64,000 bases of DNA from Escherichia coli (lineage in GTDB: Bacteria; Pseudomonadota; Gammaproteobacteria; Enterobacterales; Enterobacteriaceae): NCBI RefSeq assembly GCF_030013205.1, contig NZ_CP122648.1; one strand, given 5' to 3'. Made by a program: the position numbers and the translations under genes. Under the pieces are notes generated by a model, which was not told the origin of the DNA, made no database searches, and saw nothing but the letters and a program-made list of their open reading frames with translations. The stretch's first letter is position 1; each line of letters starts with the position of its first letter. Shown in pieces: positions 1 to 12,714 of the stretch.

Positions 1-490
1 AGTTTTTGCGCCAAAATACCGAAGACAAGTGTTCTACAGAGAGAAGCGTAGAGCAATAGGCAGTATTTTGAGAAAGCTGTGTGAGTGGAAAAGCGTACGG
101 ATTCTTGAAGCTGAATGCTGTGCAGATCATATCCATATGCTTGTGGAGATCCCGCCCAAAATGAGCGTATCCGGCTTTATGGGATATCTGAAAGGGAAAA
201 GCAGTCTGATGCTTTACGAGCAGTTTGGTGATTTGAAATTCAAATACAGGAACAGAGAGTTCTGGTGCAGAGGGTACTACGTCGATACGGTGGGTAAGAA
301 CACGGCGAAGATACAGGATTACATAAAGCACCAGCTTGAAGAGGATAAAATGGGAGAGCAGTTATCGATTCCCTATCCGGGCAGCCCGTTTACGGGCCGT
401 AAGTAACGAAGTTGGATGCAAATGTCAGATCGTGTGCGCCTGTTAGGGCGCGGCTGGTAAGAGAGCCTTATAGGCGCATTTGAAAAACCT
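1..490 (+). mobile_element. IS200 copy, partial (left part lies off the window); right boundary approximate
   Basis: Contains 5'-truncated IS200 tnpA; right end placed before hairpin at 488-506 from recalled IS200 length, not seen directly. Confidence 0.6.
2..406 (+). CDS. tnpA: IS200 transposase TnpA (Y1 HuH family), 5' end truncated by window edge
   Basis: Frame open to window start (VFAPKYRRQVFYREKRRAIGS...); HuH motif HIHMLVEIPP and catalytic-Tyr region RGYYVDTVG; near-identical to recalled IS200 TnpA. Confidence 0.85.
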   Translation, partial: VFAPKYRRQVFYREKRRAIGSILRKLCEWKSVRILEAECCADHIHMLVEIPPKMSVSGFMGYLKGKSSLMLYEQFGDLKFKYRNREFWCRGYYVDTVGKNTAKIQDYIKHQLEEDKMGEQLSIPYPGSPFTGRK

Positions 491-543
491 CCGGCTATGC
501 CGGAGGATATTTATTTCAGTTTCGCGGCGGGTGGCATCAGCAA

Positions 544-570
544 TAAAGTTTCCCCCTTCCTTGCCGATAA
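544..570 (+). promoter_or_regulatory. Sigma-28 (FliA) promoter of the tar-tap-cheRBYZ operon
   Basis: TAAAGTTT (544-551), 11-nt spacer, GCCGATAA (563-570); matches the sigma-28 consensus, about 30 nt upstream of tar. Confidence 0.8.
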
Positions 571-601
571 CGAGATCAACTTGTTTTCAGGAAGGTGCCT
601 T

Positions 602-2263
602 ATGATTAACCGTATCCGCGTAGTCACGCTGTTGGTAATGGTGCTGGGGGTATTCGCACTGTTACAGCTTATTTCCGGCAGTCTGTTTTTTTCTTCCCTT
701 CACCATAGCCAGAAGAGCTTTGTGGTTTCCAATCAATTACGGGAACAGCAGGGCGAGCTGACGTCAACCTGGGATTTAATGCTGCAAACGCGCATTAACC
801 TGAGTCGTTCAGCGGTGCGGATGATGATGGATTCCTCCAATCAACAAAGTAACGCCAAAGTTGAATTGCTCGATAGCGCCAGGAAAACATTGGCCCAGGC
901 CGCGACGCATTATAAAAAATTCAAAAGCATGGCACCGTTACCTGAAATGGTCGCTACCAGTCGTAATATTGATGAAAAATATAAAAACTATCACACAGCG
1001 TTAACTGAACTGATTGATTATCTTGATTATGGCAATACTGGAGCTTATTTCGCTCAGCCAACCCAGGGAATGCAAAATGCAATGGGCGAAGCGTTTGCTC
1101 AGTACGCCCTCAGCAGTGAAAAACTGTATCGCGATATCGTCACTGACAACGCAGATGATTACCGATTTGCCCAGTGGCAACTGGCGGTTATCGCGCTGGT
1201 GGTGGTATTGATTCTGCTGGTGGCGTGGTACGGCATTCGCCGTATGTTGCTTACACCGCTGGCAAAAATTATTGCTCACATTCGCGAAATCGCCAGTGGT
1301 AACCTGGCGAATACCCTGACCATTGACGGGCGCAGTGAAATGGGCGACCTGGCGCAGAGCGTTTCACATATGCAACGCTCTTTGACTGACACCGTCACTC
1401 ATGTGCGTGAAGGTTCAGATGCCATCTATGCCGGTACCCGTGAAATTGCGGCGGGCAACACCGATCTTTCCTCCCGTACTGAACAGCAGGCATCTGCGCT
1501 GGAAGAAACTGCCGCCAGCATGGAGCAGCTCACCGCGACAGTGAAGCAAAACGCCGATAACGCCCGCCAGGCCTCGCAACTGGCGCAAAGTGCCTCCGAT
1601 ACTGCCCAGCACGGCGGAAAAGTAGTGGATGGTGTAGTGAAAACGATGCATGAGATCGCCGATAGTTCGAAGAAAATTGCCGACATTATCAGCGTTATCG
1701 ATGGTATTGCCTTCCAGACTAATATCCTCGCGTTGAATGCCGCTGTTGAAGCCGCGCGTGCGGGTGAACAGGGCCGTGGTTTTGCCGTGGTGGCGGGCGA
1801 AGTGCGTAATCTTGCCAGTCGCAGCGCCCAGGCGGCAAAAGAGATCAAAGCCCTCATTGAAGACTCCGTCTCGCGCGTTGATACCGGTTCGGTGCTGGTC
1901 GAAAGCGCCGGGGAAACAATGAACAATATCGTCAATGCTGTCACTCGCGTGACTGACATTATGGGCGAGATTGCATCGGCATCGGATGAACAGAGCCGTG
2001 GCATCGATCAAGTCGCATTGGCGGTTTCGGAAATGGATCGCGTCACGCAACAGAACGCATCGCTGGTGCAGGAATCAGCTGCCGCCGCAGCTGCGCTGGA
2101 AGAACAGGCCAGTCGTTTAACGCAAGCGGTTTCCGCGTTTCGTCTGGCAGCCAGCCCACTCACCAATAAACCGCAAACACCATCCCGTCCTGCCAGTGAG
2201 CAACCACCGGCACAGCCACGACTGCGAATTACTGAACAAGATCCAAACTGGGAAACATTTTGA
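602..2263 (+). CDS. tar: Methyl-accepting chemotaxis protein II (aspartate/maltose chemoreceptor Tar)
   Basis: 553 aa from ATG 602 (MINRIRVV) with RBS AGGAAGG; matches recalled K-12 Tar; six-frame ORF starts earlier at 497. Confidence 0.95.
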   Translation: MINRIRVVTLLVMVLGVFALLQLISGSLFFSSLHHSQKSFVVSNQLREQQGELTSTWDLMLQTRINLSRSAVRMMMDSSNQQSNAKVELLDSARKTLAQAATHYKKFKSMAPLPEMVATSRNIDEKYKNYHTALTELIDYLDYGNTGAYFAQPTQGMQNAMGEAFAQYALSSEKLYRDIVTDNADDYRFAQWQLAVIALVVVLILLVAWYGIRRMLLTPLAKIIAHIREIASGNLANTLTIDGRSEMGDLAQSVSHMQRSLTDTVTHVREGSDAIYAGTREIAAGNTDLSSRTEQQASALEETAASMEQLTATVKQNADNARQASQLAQSASDTAQHGGKVVDGVVKTMHEIADSSKKIADIISVIDGIAFQTNILALNAAVEAARAGEQGRGFAVVAGEVRNLASRSAQAAKEIKALIEDSVSRVDTGSVLVESAGETMNNIVNAVTRVTDIMGEIASASDEQSRGIDQVALAVSEMDRVTQQNASLVQESAAAAAALEEQASRLTQAVSAFRLAASPLTNKPQTPSRPASEQPPAQPRLRITEQDPNWETF

Positions 2264-2308
2264 CGAGTTTTTACTAACGCGGTCATTGCCGCCTGATGGG
2301 GAGCGTTG

Positions 2309-3910
2309 ATGTTTAATCGTATTCGAATTTCGACCACGCTGTTTTTAATTTTGATTCTCTGCGGGATCTTGCAGATTGGCAGTAACGGCATGTCTTTTTG
2401 GGCATTTCGCGACGATTTGCAACGACTGAATCAGGTCGAGCAGAGCAATCAGCAACGTGCGGCATTAGCGCAAACTCGGGCGGTAATGTTACAGGCCAGT
2501 ACCGCGCTGAACAAAGCGGGCACTCTGACGGCGCTTAGCTATCCGGCGGATGACATTAAAACGTTGATGACGACGGCGCGCGCCAGTCTGACGCAATCCA
2601 CCACGCTGTTTAAAAGTTTTATGGCGATGACTGCGGGCAATGAGCACGTCAGGGCGTTGCAAAAAGAGACGGAGAAAAGTTTTGCCCGCTGGCACAACGA
2701 TCTCGAACATCAGGCGACCTGGCTTGAAAGTAATCAACTTTCGGATTTCCTCACTGCGCCGGTGCAGGAATCACAGAATGCGTTTGACGTTAACTTTGAG
2801 GCCTGGCAGCAGGAGATCAACCATGTGCTGGAAGCTGCCAGTGCGCAAAGCCAGCGTAACTATCAGATTTCGGCGCTGGTGTTTATCAGCATGATTATTG
2901 TTGCGGCGATCTACATCAGCAGTGCGCTGTGGTGGACGCGCAAGATGATTGTTCAACCACTGGCCATTATCGGTAGCCATTTTGACAGCATTGCTGCGGG
3001 TAATCTGGCGCGTCCGATTGCGGTATATGGTCGCAATGAGATCACCGCCATTTTTGCCAGTCTGAAGACCATGCAGCAGGCTTTGCGTGGGACGGTAAGT
3101 GATGTGCGTAAGGGAAGCCAGGAGATGCACATTGGTATCGCGGAGATTGTCGCAGGCAATAACGATCTCTCAAGTCGTACCGAACAGCAGGCGGCATCGC
3201 TGGCACAAACGGCCGCCAGTATGGAGCAATTAACCGCCACGGTAGGGCAAAACGCCGATAACGCGCGCCAGGCGTCGGAACTGGCAAAAAATGCCGCGAC
3301 AACGGCGCAGGCGGGCGGTGTTCAGGTCAGTACCATGACTCACACCATGCAGGAGATCGCCACCAGCTCGCAAAAAATTGGCGACATTATCAGCGTTATC
3401 GACGGCATTGCTTTCCAGACCAATATTCTGGCCCTGAATGCGGCAGTGGAAGCGGCTCGCGCCGGAGAGCAGGGGCGTGGTTTTGCGGTAGTGGCAGGTG
3501 AAGTGCGCAATCTTGCCAGCCGTAGCGCGCAGGCAGCAAAAGAGATCAAAGGGCTGATCGAAGAGTCAGTCAATCGTGTCCAGCAGGGGGCGAAACTGGT
3601 GAATAACGCCGCCGCGACCATGACTGATATTGTCAGTTCGGTGACCCGCGTGAACGACATTATGGGAGAAATTGCTTCGGCCTCGGAAGAACAACGGCGG
3701 GGGATTGAGCAGGTTGCACAGGCTGTCAGCCAGATGGATCAGGTGACTCAGCAGAACGCCTCCCTGGTAGAAGAAGCGGCGACGGCAACGGAACAACTGG
3801 CGAACCAGGCTGACCATCTTTCGTCGCGTGTGGCGGTATTTACCCTTGAAGAACATGAAGTAGCACGACATGAGTCGGCGCAATTACAAATTGCGCCAGT
3901 GGTATCCTGA
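2309..3910 (+). CDS. tap: Methyl-accepting chemotaxis protein IV (dipeptide/pyrimidine chemoreceptor Tap)
   Basis: 533 aa from ATG 2309 (MFNRIRIS); Tar paralogue with conserved signalling domain. Confidence 0.93.
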   Translation: MFNRIRISTTLFLILILCGILQIGSNGMSFWAFRDDLQRLNQVEQSNQQRAALAQTRAVMLQASTALNKAGTLTALSYPADDIKTLMTTARASLTQSTTLFKSFMAMTAGNEHVRALQKETEKSFARWHNDLEHQATWLESNQLSDFLTAPVQESQNAFDVNFEAWQQEINHVLEAASAQSQRNYQISALVFISMIIVAAIYISSALWWTRKMIVQPLAIIGSHFDSIAAGNLARPIAVYGRNEITAIFASLKTMQQALRGTVSDVRKGSQEMHIGIAEIVAGNNDLSSRTEQQAASLAQTAASMEQLTATVGQNADNARQASELAKNAATTAQAGGVQVSTMTHTMQEIATSSQKIGDIISVIDGIAFQTNILALNAAVEAARAGEQGRGFAVVAGEVRNLASRSAQAAKEIKGLIEESVNRVQQGAKLVNNAAATMTDIVSSVTRVNDIMGEIASASEEQRRGIEQVAQAVSQMDQVTQQNASLVEEAATATEQLANQADHLSSRVAVFTLEEHEVARHESAQLQIAPVVS

Positions 3911-3928
3911 AGTGATTGAGAAGGCGCT

Positions 3929-4789
3929 ATGACTTCATCTCTGCCCTGTGGGCAAACGTCTTTATTGTTACAGATGACCGAGCGCCTGGCGCTTTCCGAC
4001 GCGCATTTTCGGCGGATAAGTCAATTGATCTATCAACGAGCCGGGATCGTTCTGGCTGACCATAAACGCGACATGGTTTACAACCGACTGGTTCGTCGTT
4101 TGCGTTCGCTGGGGCTGACGGATTTCGGCCATTACTTGAACTTGCTTGAATCTAATCAGCACAGCGGTGAGTGGCAGGCGTTTATCAATTCGCTGACCAC
4201 GAATCTGACGGCTTTTTTCCGTGAGGCGCATCATTTTCCTCTGCTCGCGGATCACGCCCGGCGTCGTTCTGGCGAGTATCGCGTATGGAGCGCGGCGGCT
4301 TCGACCGGCGAAGAGCCGTACAGCATTGCGATGACGCTGGCTGACACATTGGGCACCGTGCCCGGACGCTGGAAAGTGTTTGCCAGTGATATCGACTCCG
4401 AAGTGCTGGAAAAAGCCAGAAGCGGTATTTATCGCCATGAAGAGTTGAAAAACCTGACGCCGCAGCAACTGCAACGGTATTTCATGCGAGGGACGGGACC
4501 GCATGAAGGGCTGGTACGCGTGCGTCAGGAGCTGGCGAACTATGTTGATTTTGCCCCGCTGAATTTACTGGCGAAACAGTACACCGTGCCGGGGCCGTTT
4601 GATGCGATCTTCTGTCGTAACGTCATGATCTACTTCGATCAAACTACCCAGCAGGAGATTTTGCGCCGCTTTGTTCCGCTCCTTAAACCCGACGGATTGC
4701 TGTTTGCGGGTCACTCTGAAAACTTTAGCCACCTTGAGCGCCGCTTCACGCTGCGTGGTCAGACGGTGTATGCGCTAAGTAAGGATTAA
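3929..4789 (+). CDS. cheR: Chemotaxis protein methyltransferase CheR
   Basis: 286 aa; SAM-dependent MCP methyltransferase; operon position. Confidence 0.95.
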
Positions 4790-4791
4790 CG

Positions 4792-6245
<1,454 letters not shown>

Positions 6246-6255
6246 GGATGCGACT

Positions 6256-6900
6256 ATGATGCAACCATCAATCAAACCTGCTGACGAGCATTCAGCTGGC
6301 GATATCATTGCGCGCATCGGCAGCCTGACGCGTATGCTGCGCGACAGTTTGCGGGAGCTGGGGCTGGATCAGGCCATTGCCGAAGCGGCGGAAGCCATCC
6401 CCGATGCGCGCGATCGTTTGTACTATGTTGTGCAGATGACCGCCCAGGCTGCGGAGCGGGCGCTGAACAGTGTTGAGGCGTCACAACCGCATCAGGATCA
6501 AATGGAGAAATCAGCAAAAGCGTTAACCCAACGTTGGGATGACTGGTTTGCCGATCCGATTGACCTTGCCGATGCCCGAGAACTGGTAACAGATACGCGG
6601 CAATTTCTGGCAGATGTCCCCGCGCATACCTGCTTTACTAACGCGCAACTGCTGGAAATCATGATGGCGCAGGATTTTCAGGATCTCACCGGGCAGGTCA
6701 TTAAGCGGATGATGGATGTCATTCAGGAGATCGAACGTCAGTTGCTGATGGTGCTGTTGGAAAACATCCCGGAACAGGAGTCGCGTCCAAAACGTGAAAA
6801 CCAGAGTTTGCTTAATGGACCTCAGGTCGATACCAGCAAAGCCGGTGTGGTAGCCAGTCAGGATCAGGTGGACGATTTGTTGGATAGTCTTGGATTTTGA
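6256..6900 (+). CDS. cheZ: CheY-P phosphatase CheZ
   Basis: 214 aa from ATG 6256 ([11 protein letters not shown]); six-frame ORF starts 10 codons earlier. Confidence 0.93.
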   Translation: MMQPSIKPADEHSAGDIIARIGSLTRMLRDSLRELGLDQAIAEAAEAIPDARDRLYYVVQMTAQAAERALNSVEASQPHQDQMEKSAKALTQRWDDWFADPIDLADARELVTDTRQFLADVPAHTCFTNAQLLEIMMAQDFQDLTGQVIKRMMDVIQEIERQLLMVLLENIPEQESRPKRENQSLLNGPQVDTSKAGVVASQDQVDDLLDSLGF

Positions 6901-6908
6901 TTTGTATT

Positions 6909-6971
6909 GCCTGATGTGGCGTGACTACGTCATATCAGGCGGTCGGATAACGCGATGACGCCGCATCCGAC
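6909..6971. repeat. REP/BIME element (two REP units) between cheZ and flhB
   Basis: Imperfect palindromes gcctgatgtggcgtgactacgtcatatcaggc and cggataacgcgatgacgccgcatccga. Confidence 0.7.
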
Positions 6972-7101
6972 AAACGCATACTATGCTTGATGTGTGGCAG
7001 CAAAAGCCCTAAATCCCGCCTGTTTTGCCCCTTACTCAAACCATTGAACGCTTTGCGCTCTGGCATCATTTACGCTTAATACTCTTTCCAGGATTGGCGA
7101 C

Positions 7102-8250
7102 GTGTCTGACGAGAGCGACGACAAAACAGAAGCCCCCACACCTCACCGACTAGAAAAAGCGCGGGAAGAGGGGCAAATCCCGCGTTCCCGTGAACTGACT
7201 TCACTGCTGATTTTGCTGGTGGGCGTTAGTGTTATCTGGTTTGGCGGTGTGTCGCTGGCCCGTCGATTGTCGGGCATGCTCTCCGCTGGGCTGCATTTTG
7301 ATCACAGTATTATCAATGACCCGAATCTGATCCTCGGGCAAATTATTCTGCTGATCAGAGAAGCCATGCTGGCGCTGCTGCCACTGATTAGCGGCGTGGT
7401 GCTGGTGGCGCTCATTTCTCCGGTCATGCTGGGAGGGCTGGTATTTAGCGGCAAATCCTTGCAGCCGAAGTTTTCCAAACTCAACCCGCTACCGGGCATT
7501 AAACGGATGTTCTCGGCACAGACTGGCGCGGAGTTGCTTAAAGCAATTTTGAAAACCATCCTGGTTGGCAGCGTGACGGGATTTTTTCTCTGGCATCACT
7601 GGCCGCAGATGATGCGCTTAATGGCCGAGTCTCCGATTACCGCCATGGGTAATGCGATGGATCTGGTAGGGCTGTGCGCGCTGCTGGTGGTACTTGGTGT
7701 TATTCCGATGGTGGGATTTGACGTCTTTTTCCAAATCTTCAGCCACCTGAAAAAGCTGCGTATGTCGCGGCAGGATATTCGTGATGAGTTCAAACAAAGC
7801 GAAGGCGACCCCCATGTTAAAGGGCGGATCCGTCAGATGCAGCGAGCGGCTGCACGGCGTCGGATGATGGCCGATGTGCCGAAAGCGGATGTCATTGTCA
7901 ATAACCCGACCCACTATTCGGTAGCGTTGCAGTATGACGAAAACAAAATGAGCGCACCGAAAGTGGTCGCTAAAGGTGCAGGGCTGGTCGCGCTGCGCAT
8001 TCGTGAAATTGGCGCTGAAAATAACGTCCCTACGCTTGAAGCGCCGCCGCTGGCGCGAGCGCTGTATCGACATGCGGAGATCGGTCAACAAATCCCGGGT
8101 CAACTGTACGCCGCAGTGGCGGAAGTGCTGGCCTGGGTCTGGCAACTGAAACGCTGGCGTCTGGCTGGTGGACAGCGCCCTGTACAACCTACTCATCTTC
8201 CGGTGCCGGAAGCCCTGGATTTTATTAACGAGAAACCGACCCATGAGTAA
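7102..8250 (+). CDS. flhB: Flagellar export apparatus protein FlhB
   Basis: 382 aa, GTG start; (M)SDESDDKTEAPTPHRLEKAREEGQIPRSRE... Confidence 0.95.
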   Translation: MSDESDDKTEAPTPHRLEKAREEGQIPRSRELTSLLILLVGVSVIWFGGVSLARRLSGMLSAGLHFDHSIINDPNLILGQIILLIREAMLALLPLISGVVLVALISPVMLGGLVFSGKSLQPKFSKLNPLPGIKRMFSAQTGAELLKAILKTILVGSVTGFFLWHHWPQMMRLMAESPITAMGNAMDLVGLCALLVVLGVIPMVGFDVFFQIFSHLKKLRMSRQDIRDEFKQSEGDPHVKGRIRQMQRAAARRRMMADVPKADVIVNNPTHYSVALQYDENKMSAPKVVAKGAGLVALRIREIGAENNVPTLEAPPLARALYRHAEIGQQIPGQLYAAVAEVLAWVWQLKRWRLAGGQRPVQPTHLPVPEALDFINEKPTHE

Positions 8251-10321
8251 TCTGGCCGCGATGCTGCGCCTGCCCGCAAACCTGAAATCGACACAATGGC
8301 AGATCCTTGCCGGACCGATTTTGATCTTGCTGATTTTGTCGATGATGGTGCTGCCATTGCCTGCATTCATTCTCGACCTGCTGTTTACCTTTAATATCGC
8401 CTTGTCGATCATGGTGTTGCTGGTGGCGATGTTTACCCAGCGCACGCTTGAGTTTGCTGCGTTTCCGACGATTCTGTTGTTTACCACGTTGTTGCGTCTG
8501 GCACTTAATGTGGCTTCAACCCGTATCATTTTGATGGAAGGGCATACCGGCGCGGCGGCGGCTGGGAAGGTGGTCGAAGCGTTCGGTCACTTCCTCGTTG
8601 GTGGCAATTTCGCTATCGGTATCGTGGTGTTCGTCATTCTCGTGATCATCAACTTTATGGTCATTACCAAAGGTGCCGGGCGTATTGCGGAAGTGGGCGC
8701 GCGCTTTGTTCTCGATGGTATGCCGGGTAAGCAGATGGCGATTGACGCCGACCTTAACGCCGGATTGATTGGTGAAGATGAGGCGAAAAAACGCCGCTCC
8801 GAAGTGACTCAGGAAGCCGATTTTTACGGTTCAATGGACGGGGCAAGTAAGTTTGTTCGCGGCGATGCCATCGCCGGGATCCTCATCATGGTCATAAACG
8901 TTGTCGGTGGGTTGCTGGTCGGCGTGCTGCAACATGGCATGAGCATGGGACACGCCGCGGAAAGTTATACGCTATTGACCATTGGCGACGGTCTGGTGGC
9001 ACAAATTCCGGCGTTGGTGATTTCTACCGCCGCGGGGGTCATCGTTACGCGTGTCAGCACCGATCAGGATGTTGGCGAGCAGATGGTGAATCAGCTTTTC
9101 AGTAACCCAAGCGTTATGTTGTTAAGCGCCGCCGTGCTCGGTTTACTCGGCCTGGTGCCTGGAATGCCGAACCTGGTATTTTTGCTGTTCACTGCCGGAT
9201 TGCTGGGACTGGCCTGGTGGATCCGCGGACGTGAACAAAAAGCGCCTGCCGAACCAAAACCAGTAAAAATGGCAGAGAATAATACCGTTGTCGAAGCGAC
9301 GTGGAACGATGTACAACTGGAAGATTCTCTGGGAATGGAAGTGGGTTATCGACTGATCCCGATGGTCGATTTCCAGCAGGATGGTGAGTTGTTGGGCCGT
9401 ATACGCAGTATCCGCAAGAAATTTGCCCAGGAGATGGGGTTTCTGCCGCCGGTGGTGCACATTCGTGACAATATGGATCTGCAACCTGCCCGCTATCGCA
9501 TTTTGATGAAAGGCGTAGAGATTGGCACTGGCGATGCCTATCCGGGGCGCTGGCTGGCAATTAACCCAGGTACCGCTGCCGGGACGTTACCTGGTGAGGC
9601 GACCGTCGATCCGGCATTTGGCCTGAATGCTATCTGGATTGAAAGTGCGCTTAAAGAACAGGCGCAGATTCAGGGGTACACCGTGGTTGAGGCCAGCACG
9701 GTGGTGGCAACGCATCTTAACCACCTCATTAGCCAGCATGCCGCAGAGCTGTTTGGTCGTCAGGAGGCGCAACAGCTGTTGGATCGCGTCGCCCAGGAGA
9801 TGCCAAAGCTGACGGAAGATCTCGTTCCTGGCGTCGTCACGCTCACCACACTGCATAAAGTGCTGCAAAATCTCCTCGATGAAAAAGTACCGATTCGCGA
9901 TATGCGCACCATTCTCGAAACGCTGGCGGAACATGCGCCCATCCAAAGCGATCCACATGAATTAACCGCCGTCGTGCGCGTGGCGTTGGGACGGGCGATT
10001 ACCCAGCAGTGGTTTCCTGGCAAAGATGAAGTCCATGTTATTGGCCTTGATACGCCGCTGGAACGTTTGTTACTACAGGCGTTGCAGGGTGGGGGCGGAC
10101 TGGAGCCAGGGCTGGCGGATCGTTTGCTGGCGCAAACTCAGGAAGCGCTATCCCGTCAGGAGATGTTGGGTGCGCCGCCTGTATTGTTGGTGAACCACGC
10201 GCTGCGACCATTATTGTCTCGTTTCCTGCGCCGCAGCCTGCCGCAGTTAGTGGTGCTGTCGAATCTGGAACTATCTGATAACCGACATATCCGCATGACG
10301 GCGACAATTGGCGGTAAATGA
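8243..10321 (+). CDS. flhA: Flagellar export apparatus protein FlhA
   Basis: 692 aa from ATG 8243 (MSNLAAMLRL); overlaps flhB end by 8 nt; six-frame ORF starts at 8168. Confidence 0.95.
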   Translation: MSNLAAMLRLPANLKSTQWQILAGPILILLILSMMVLPLPAFILDLLFTFNIALSIMVLLVAMFTQRTLEFAAFPTILLFTTLLRLALNVASTRIILMEGHTGAAAAGKVVEAFGHFLVGGNFAIGIVVFVILVIINFMVITKGAGRIAEVGARFVLDGMPGKQMAIDADLNAGLIGEDEAKKRRSEVTQEADFYGSMDGASKFVRGDAIAGILIMVINVVGGLLVGVLQHGMSMGHAAESYTLLTIGDGLVAQIPALVISTAAGVIVTRVSTDQDVGEQMVNQLFSNPSVMLLSAAVLGLLGLVPGMPNLVFLLFTAGLLGLAWWIRGREQKAPAEPKPVKMAENNTVVEATWNDVQLEDSLGMEVGYRLIPMVDFQQDGELLGRIRSIRKKFAQEMGFLPPVVHIRDNMDLQPARYRILMKGVEIGTGDAYPGRWLAINPGTAAGTLPGEATVDPAFGLNAIWIESALKEQAQIQGYTVVEASTVVATHLNHLISQHAAELFGRQEAQQLLDRVAQEMPKLTEDLVPGVVTLTTLHKVLQNLLDEKVPIRDMRTILETLAEHAPIQSDPHELTAVVRVALGRAITQQWFPGKDEVHVIGLDTPLERLLLQALQGGGGLEPGLADRLLAQTQEALSRQEMLGAPPVLLVNHALRPLLSRFLRRSLPQLVVLSNLELSDNRHIRMTATIGGK

Positions 10322-10713
10322 TGAGAACCTTATTAGCAATATTATTGTTTCCGCTGCTGGTGCAAGCCGCCGGGGAGGGGATGTGGCAGGCGAGTAGTGT
10401 GGGCGTTACGCTGAATCACCGTGGTGAGTCGATGTCGTCAGCGCCTCTTTCTACTCGACAACCTGCTGCAGGATTGATGACGCTGGTGGCGTGGCGTTAT
10501 CAGCTTATCGGCCCGACACCTGCAGGACTGCGGGTTCGCTTGTGTTCGCAATCTCGTTGTGTCGAATTAGAAGGGCAAAGTGGAACCACCGTGGCCTTTT
10601 CCGGTATACCGGCGATAGAACCGTTGCGATTTATCTGGGAAGTACCTGGCGGTGGGCGGTTAATTCCGCCGCTAAAGGTACAACGGAATGAAGTGATTGT
10701 GAATTATCGTTAA
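10321..10713 (+). CDS. flhE: Flagellar protein FlhE
   Basis: 130 aa from second ATG (MRTLLAILLF); ATG at 10318 is an alternative start; signal peptide. Confidence 0.9.
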   Translation: MRTLLAILLFPLLVQAAGEGMWQASSVGVTLNHRGESMSSAPLSTRQPAAGLMTLVAWRYQLIGPTPAGLRVRLCSQSRCVELEGQSGTTVAFSGIPAIEPLRFIWEVPGGGRLIPPLKVQRNEVIVNYR

Positions 10714-10718
10714 TGATA

Positions 10719-10752
10719 AAAAAGCCGATGTCTGCCATGACATCGGCTTTTG
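10719..10752. terminator. Bidirectional rho-independent terminator between convergent flhE and argS
   Basis: aaaagccgatgtc-tgccat-gacatcggctttt hairpin flanked by A and T runs. Confidence 0.8.
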
Positions 10753-10765
10753 CCGTATAACGCGA

Positions 10766-12499
10766 TTACATACGCTCTACTGTCTCAATACCCAGCGTAT
10801 CCAGACCCAGTTTCAGCGTCTTCGCCGTCAGTTGTGCCAGTTTCAGACGGCTGTTACGCACTTCTTCGTTTTCTGCGCTGAGGATCGGGCAGTGCTCGTA
10901 GAAGCCAGAGAACAGACCAGCCAGATCGTACAGGTAAGCACACATCACATGCGGCGTGCCTTCACGGGCAACCACGGTGAGGGTTTCTTCAAACTGCAGC
11001 AGGCGAGCTGCCAGTTGCGCTTCACGATCTTCACGGATGATAACCGGAGCTGCAGCCAGTTGCTCTTCGTCAATTTCTGCTTTACGGAACACGGACAATA
11101 CACGCGTGTATGCATACTGCATGTATGGCGCGGTATTACCCTCAAACGCCAGCATGTTGTCCCAGTCGAAGATGTAGTCCGTGGTGCGGTTTTTGGAGAG
11201 ATCCGCATATTTCACCGCACCAATACCAACCGCGTTAGCCAGTTTTTCCAGCTCGTCGGCTGGCATATCCGGGTTCTTTTCTGCCACCAGACGACGTGCA
11301 CGCTCCAGGGCTTCATCCAGCAGATCGGCCAGTTTCACTGTACCACCCGCGCGGGTTTTGAACGGTTTGCCGTCTTTGCCCAGCATCATGCCGAACATGT
11401 GGTGTTCCAGCGGTACGGATTCCGGTACATAGCCTGCTTTACGGACGATAGCCCACGCCTGCATCAGGTGTTGATGCTGACGGGAGTCGATGTAATACAG
11501 CACGCGATCGGCATGCAGTGTTTCATAACGATATTTCGCACAGGCGATATCAGTGGTGGTGTAGAGATAGCCACCATCTTTCTTCTGAATGATCACGCCC
11601 ATCGGTTCGCCTTCCTTGTTTTTGAACTCATCAAGGAATACGACGGTCGCGCCTTCACTTTCTACTGCCAGACCTTTGGCTTTCAGGTCCGCCACGATAC
11701 CCGGCAGCATTGGGTTGTAGAGACTTTCACCCATGACGTCATCGCGGGTCAACGTCACGTTCAGACGATCGTAGGTGATCTGGTTCTGCGTCATGGTGAT
11801 GTCGACCAGTTTGCGCCACATCTCGCGGAAATATTCGTCACCGCTTTGCAGTTTGACTACGTAGTTACGTGCACGCTCGGCAAACTCTTCATCTTCGTCG
11901 TAATGCTTTTTCGCATCGCGGTAGAAACCTTCAAGGTCAGCCAGCTCCATTTCACCGGCGTTTTCTTGCTGCTGCTTTTCCAACCACGCAATCAGCATAC
12001 CGAACTGAGTACCCCAGTCGCCGACGTGGTTCGCGCGAATCACTTTGTGACCGAGGAACTCCAGAGTACGCACTGCCGCGTCACCAATAATGGTAGAGCG
12101 CAGGTGACCGACGTGCATCTCTTTCGCCACGTTCGGAGCGGAGTAGTCAACCACAATGGTCTGTTTTTCTGGCGTAGCAACACCGAGACGATCGGACGCC
12201 AGCGCCTGCTGAACATGATCAGCCAGGAAGGCTGGATCAAGAAAAATGTTGATAAAGCCTGGACCGGCGATCTCAACTTTGCTGGCGATACCGTTAAGAT
12301 CCAGATGAGTCAGCACCTGCTCTGCTAATTGTCGCGGTGCCATACCCAGTTTTTTAGCAACTGCCATCATGCCGTTAGCCTGATAGTCGCCGAACTGAAC
12401 TTTTGCTGACTGACGAACCTGCGGTTCGCAATCCGCAGGCGCGCCTGCCGCAATCATGGCCTGACGGACTTTTTCTGAGAGAAGAGCCTGAATATTCAC
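10766..12499 (-). CDS. argS: Arginine--tRNA ligase
   Basis: 577 aa; class I aaRS with HVGH motif ([14 protein letters not shown]). Confidence 0.97.
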   Translation of the reverse strand: MNIQALLSEKVRQAMIAAGAPADCEPQVRQSAKVQFGDYQANGMMAVAKKLGMAPRQLAEQVLTHLDLNGIASKVEIAGPGFINIFLDPAFLADHVQQALASDRLGVATPEKQTIVVDYSAPNVAKEMHVGHLRSTIIGDAAVRTLEFLGHKVIRANHVGDWGTQFGMLIAWLEKQQQENAGEMELADLEGFYRDAKKHYDEDEEFAERARNYVVKLQSGDEYFREMWRKLVDITMTQNQITYDRLNVTLTRDDVMGESLYNPMLPGIVADLKAKGLAVESEGATVVFLDEFKNKEGEPMGVIIQKKDGGYLYTTTDIACAKYRYETLHADRVLYYIDSRQHQHLMQAWAIVRKAGYVPESVPLEHHMFGMMLGKDGKPFKTRAGGTVKLADLLDEALERARRLVAEKNPDMPADELEKLANAVGIGAVKYADLSKNRTTDYIFDWDNMLAFEGNTAPYMQYAYTRVLSVFRKAEIDEEQLAAAPVIIREDREAQLAARLLQFEETLTVVAREGTPHVMCAYLYDLAGLFSGFYEHCPILSAENEEVRNSRLKLAQLTAKTLKLGLDTLGIETVERM

Positions 12500-12714
12500 C
12501 GGAATACCTTACATTGATGAAGCGAGCAAAAATTGCCCGCACCAGTTAAAGAAATTAGGGCGGGAGTATACTGCAAATGGCTGTTTTCGTCAGCAACGTG
12601 CGCGTGGCGTATTGCCGTTTTCACTATTGCATCAGAAGCGGCGTGAAATCAGCGGTTGGTTGGCGCAGGGCAACAGGGTAAATTAACGCTTTTACTGAAA
12701 GACGAAGAGTGATT

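Noticed and set aside
497-601. N-terminal extensions of six-frame ORFs beyond the recalled K-12 start (tar 497, flhA 8168, znuA 29721, pykA 34947, exoX 48127, letB 56725, yebQ 63977 and others)
   Set aside because: The internal starts match recalled K-12 protein lengths, and the tar extension would run through its own sigma-28 promoter. Extensions are treated as upstream open frame, not coding sequence.
1380-3800. Two stretches of about 0.7-0.9 kb with high nucleotide similarity (tar about 1380-2100, tap about 3090-3800)
   Set aside because: This is paralogy of the conserved MCP signalling and methylation domains in tandem tar and tap, not a mobile or dispersed repeat.
10832-12328. 498-aa ORF on the plus strand, entirely antisense within argS
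   Set aside because: No ribosome-binding site and no recognisable domain; it fully overlaps a conserved essential gene. Long stop-free antisense frames are a common artefact. The same applies to 22075-23253 (antisense in aspS), 7618-8529 (antisense in flhB/flhA) and 1415-2050 (antisense in tar).
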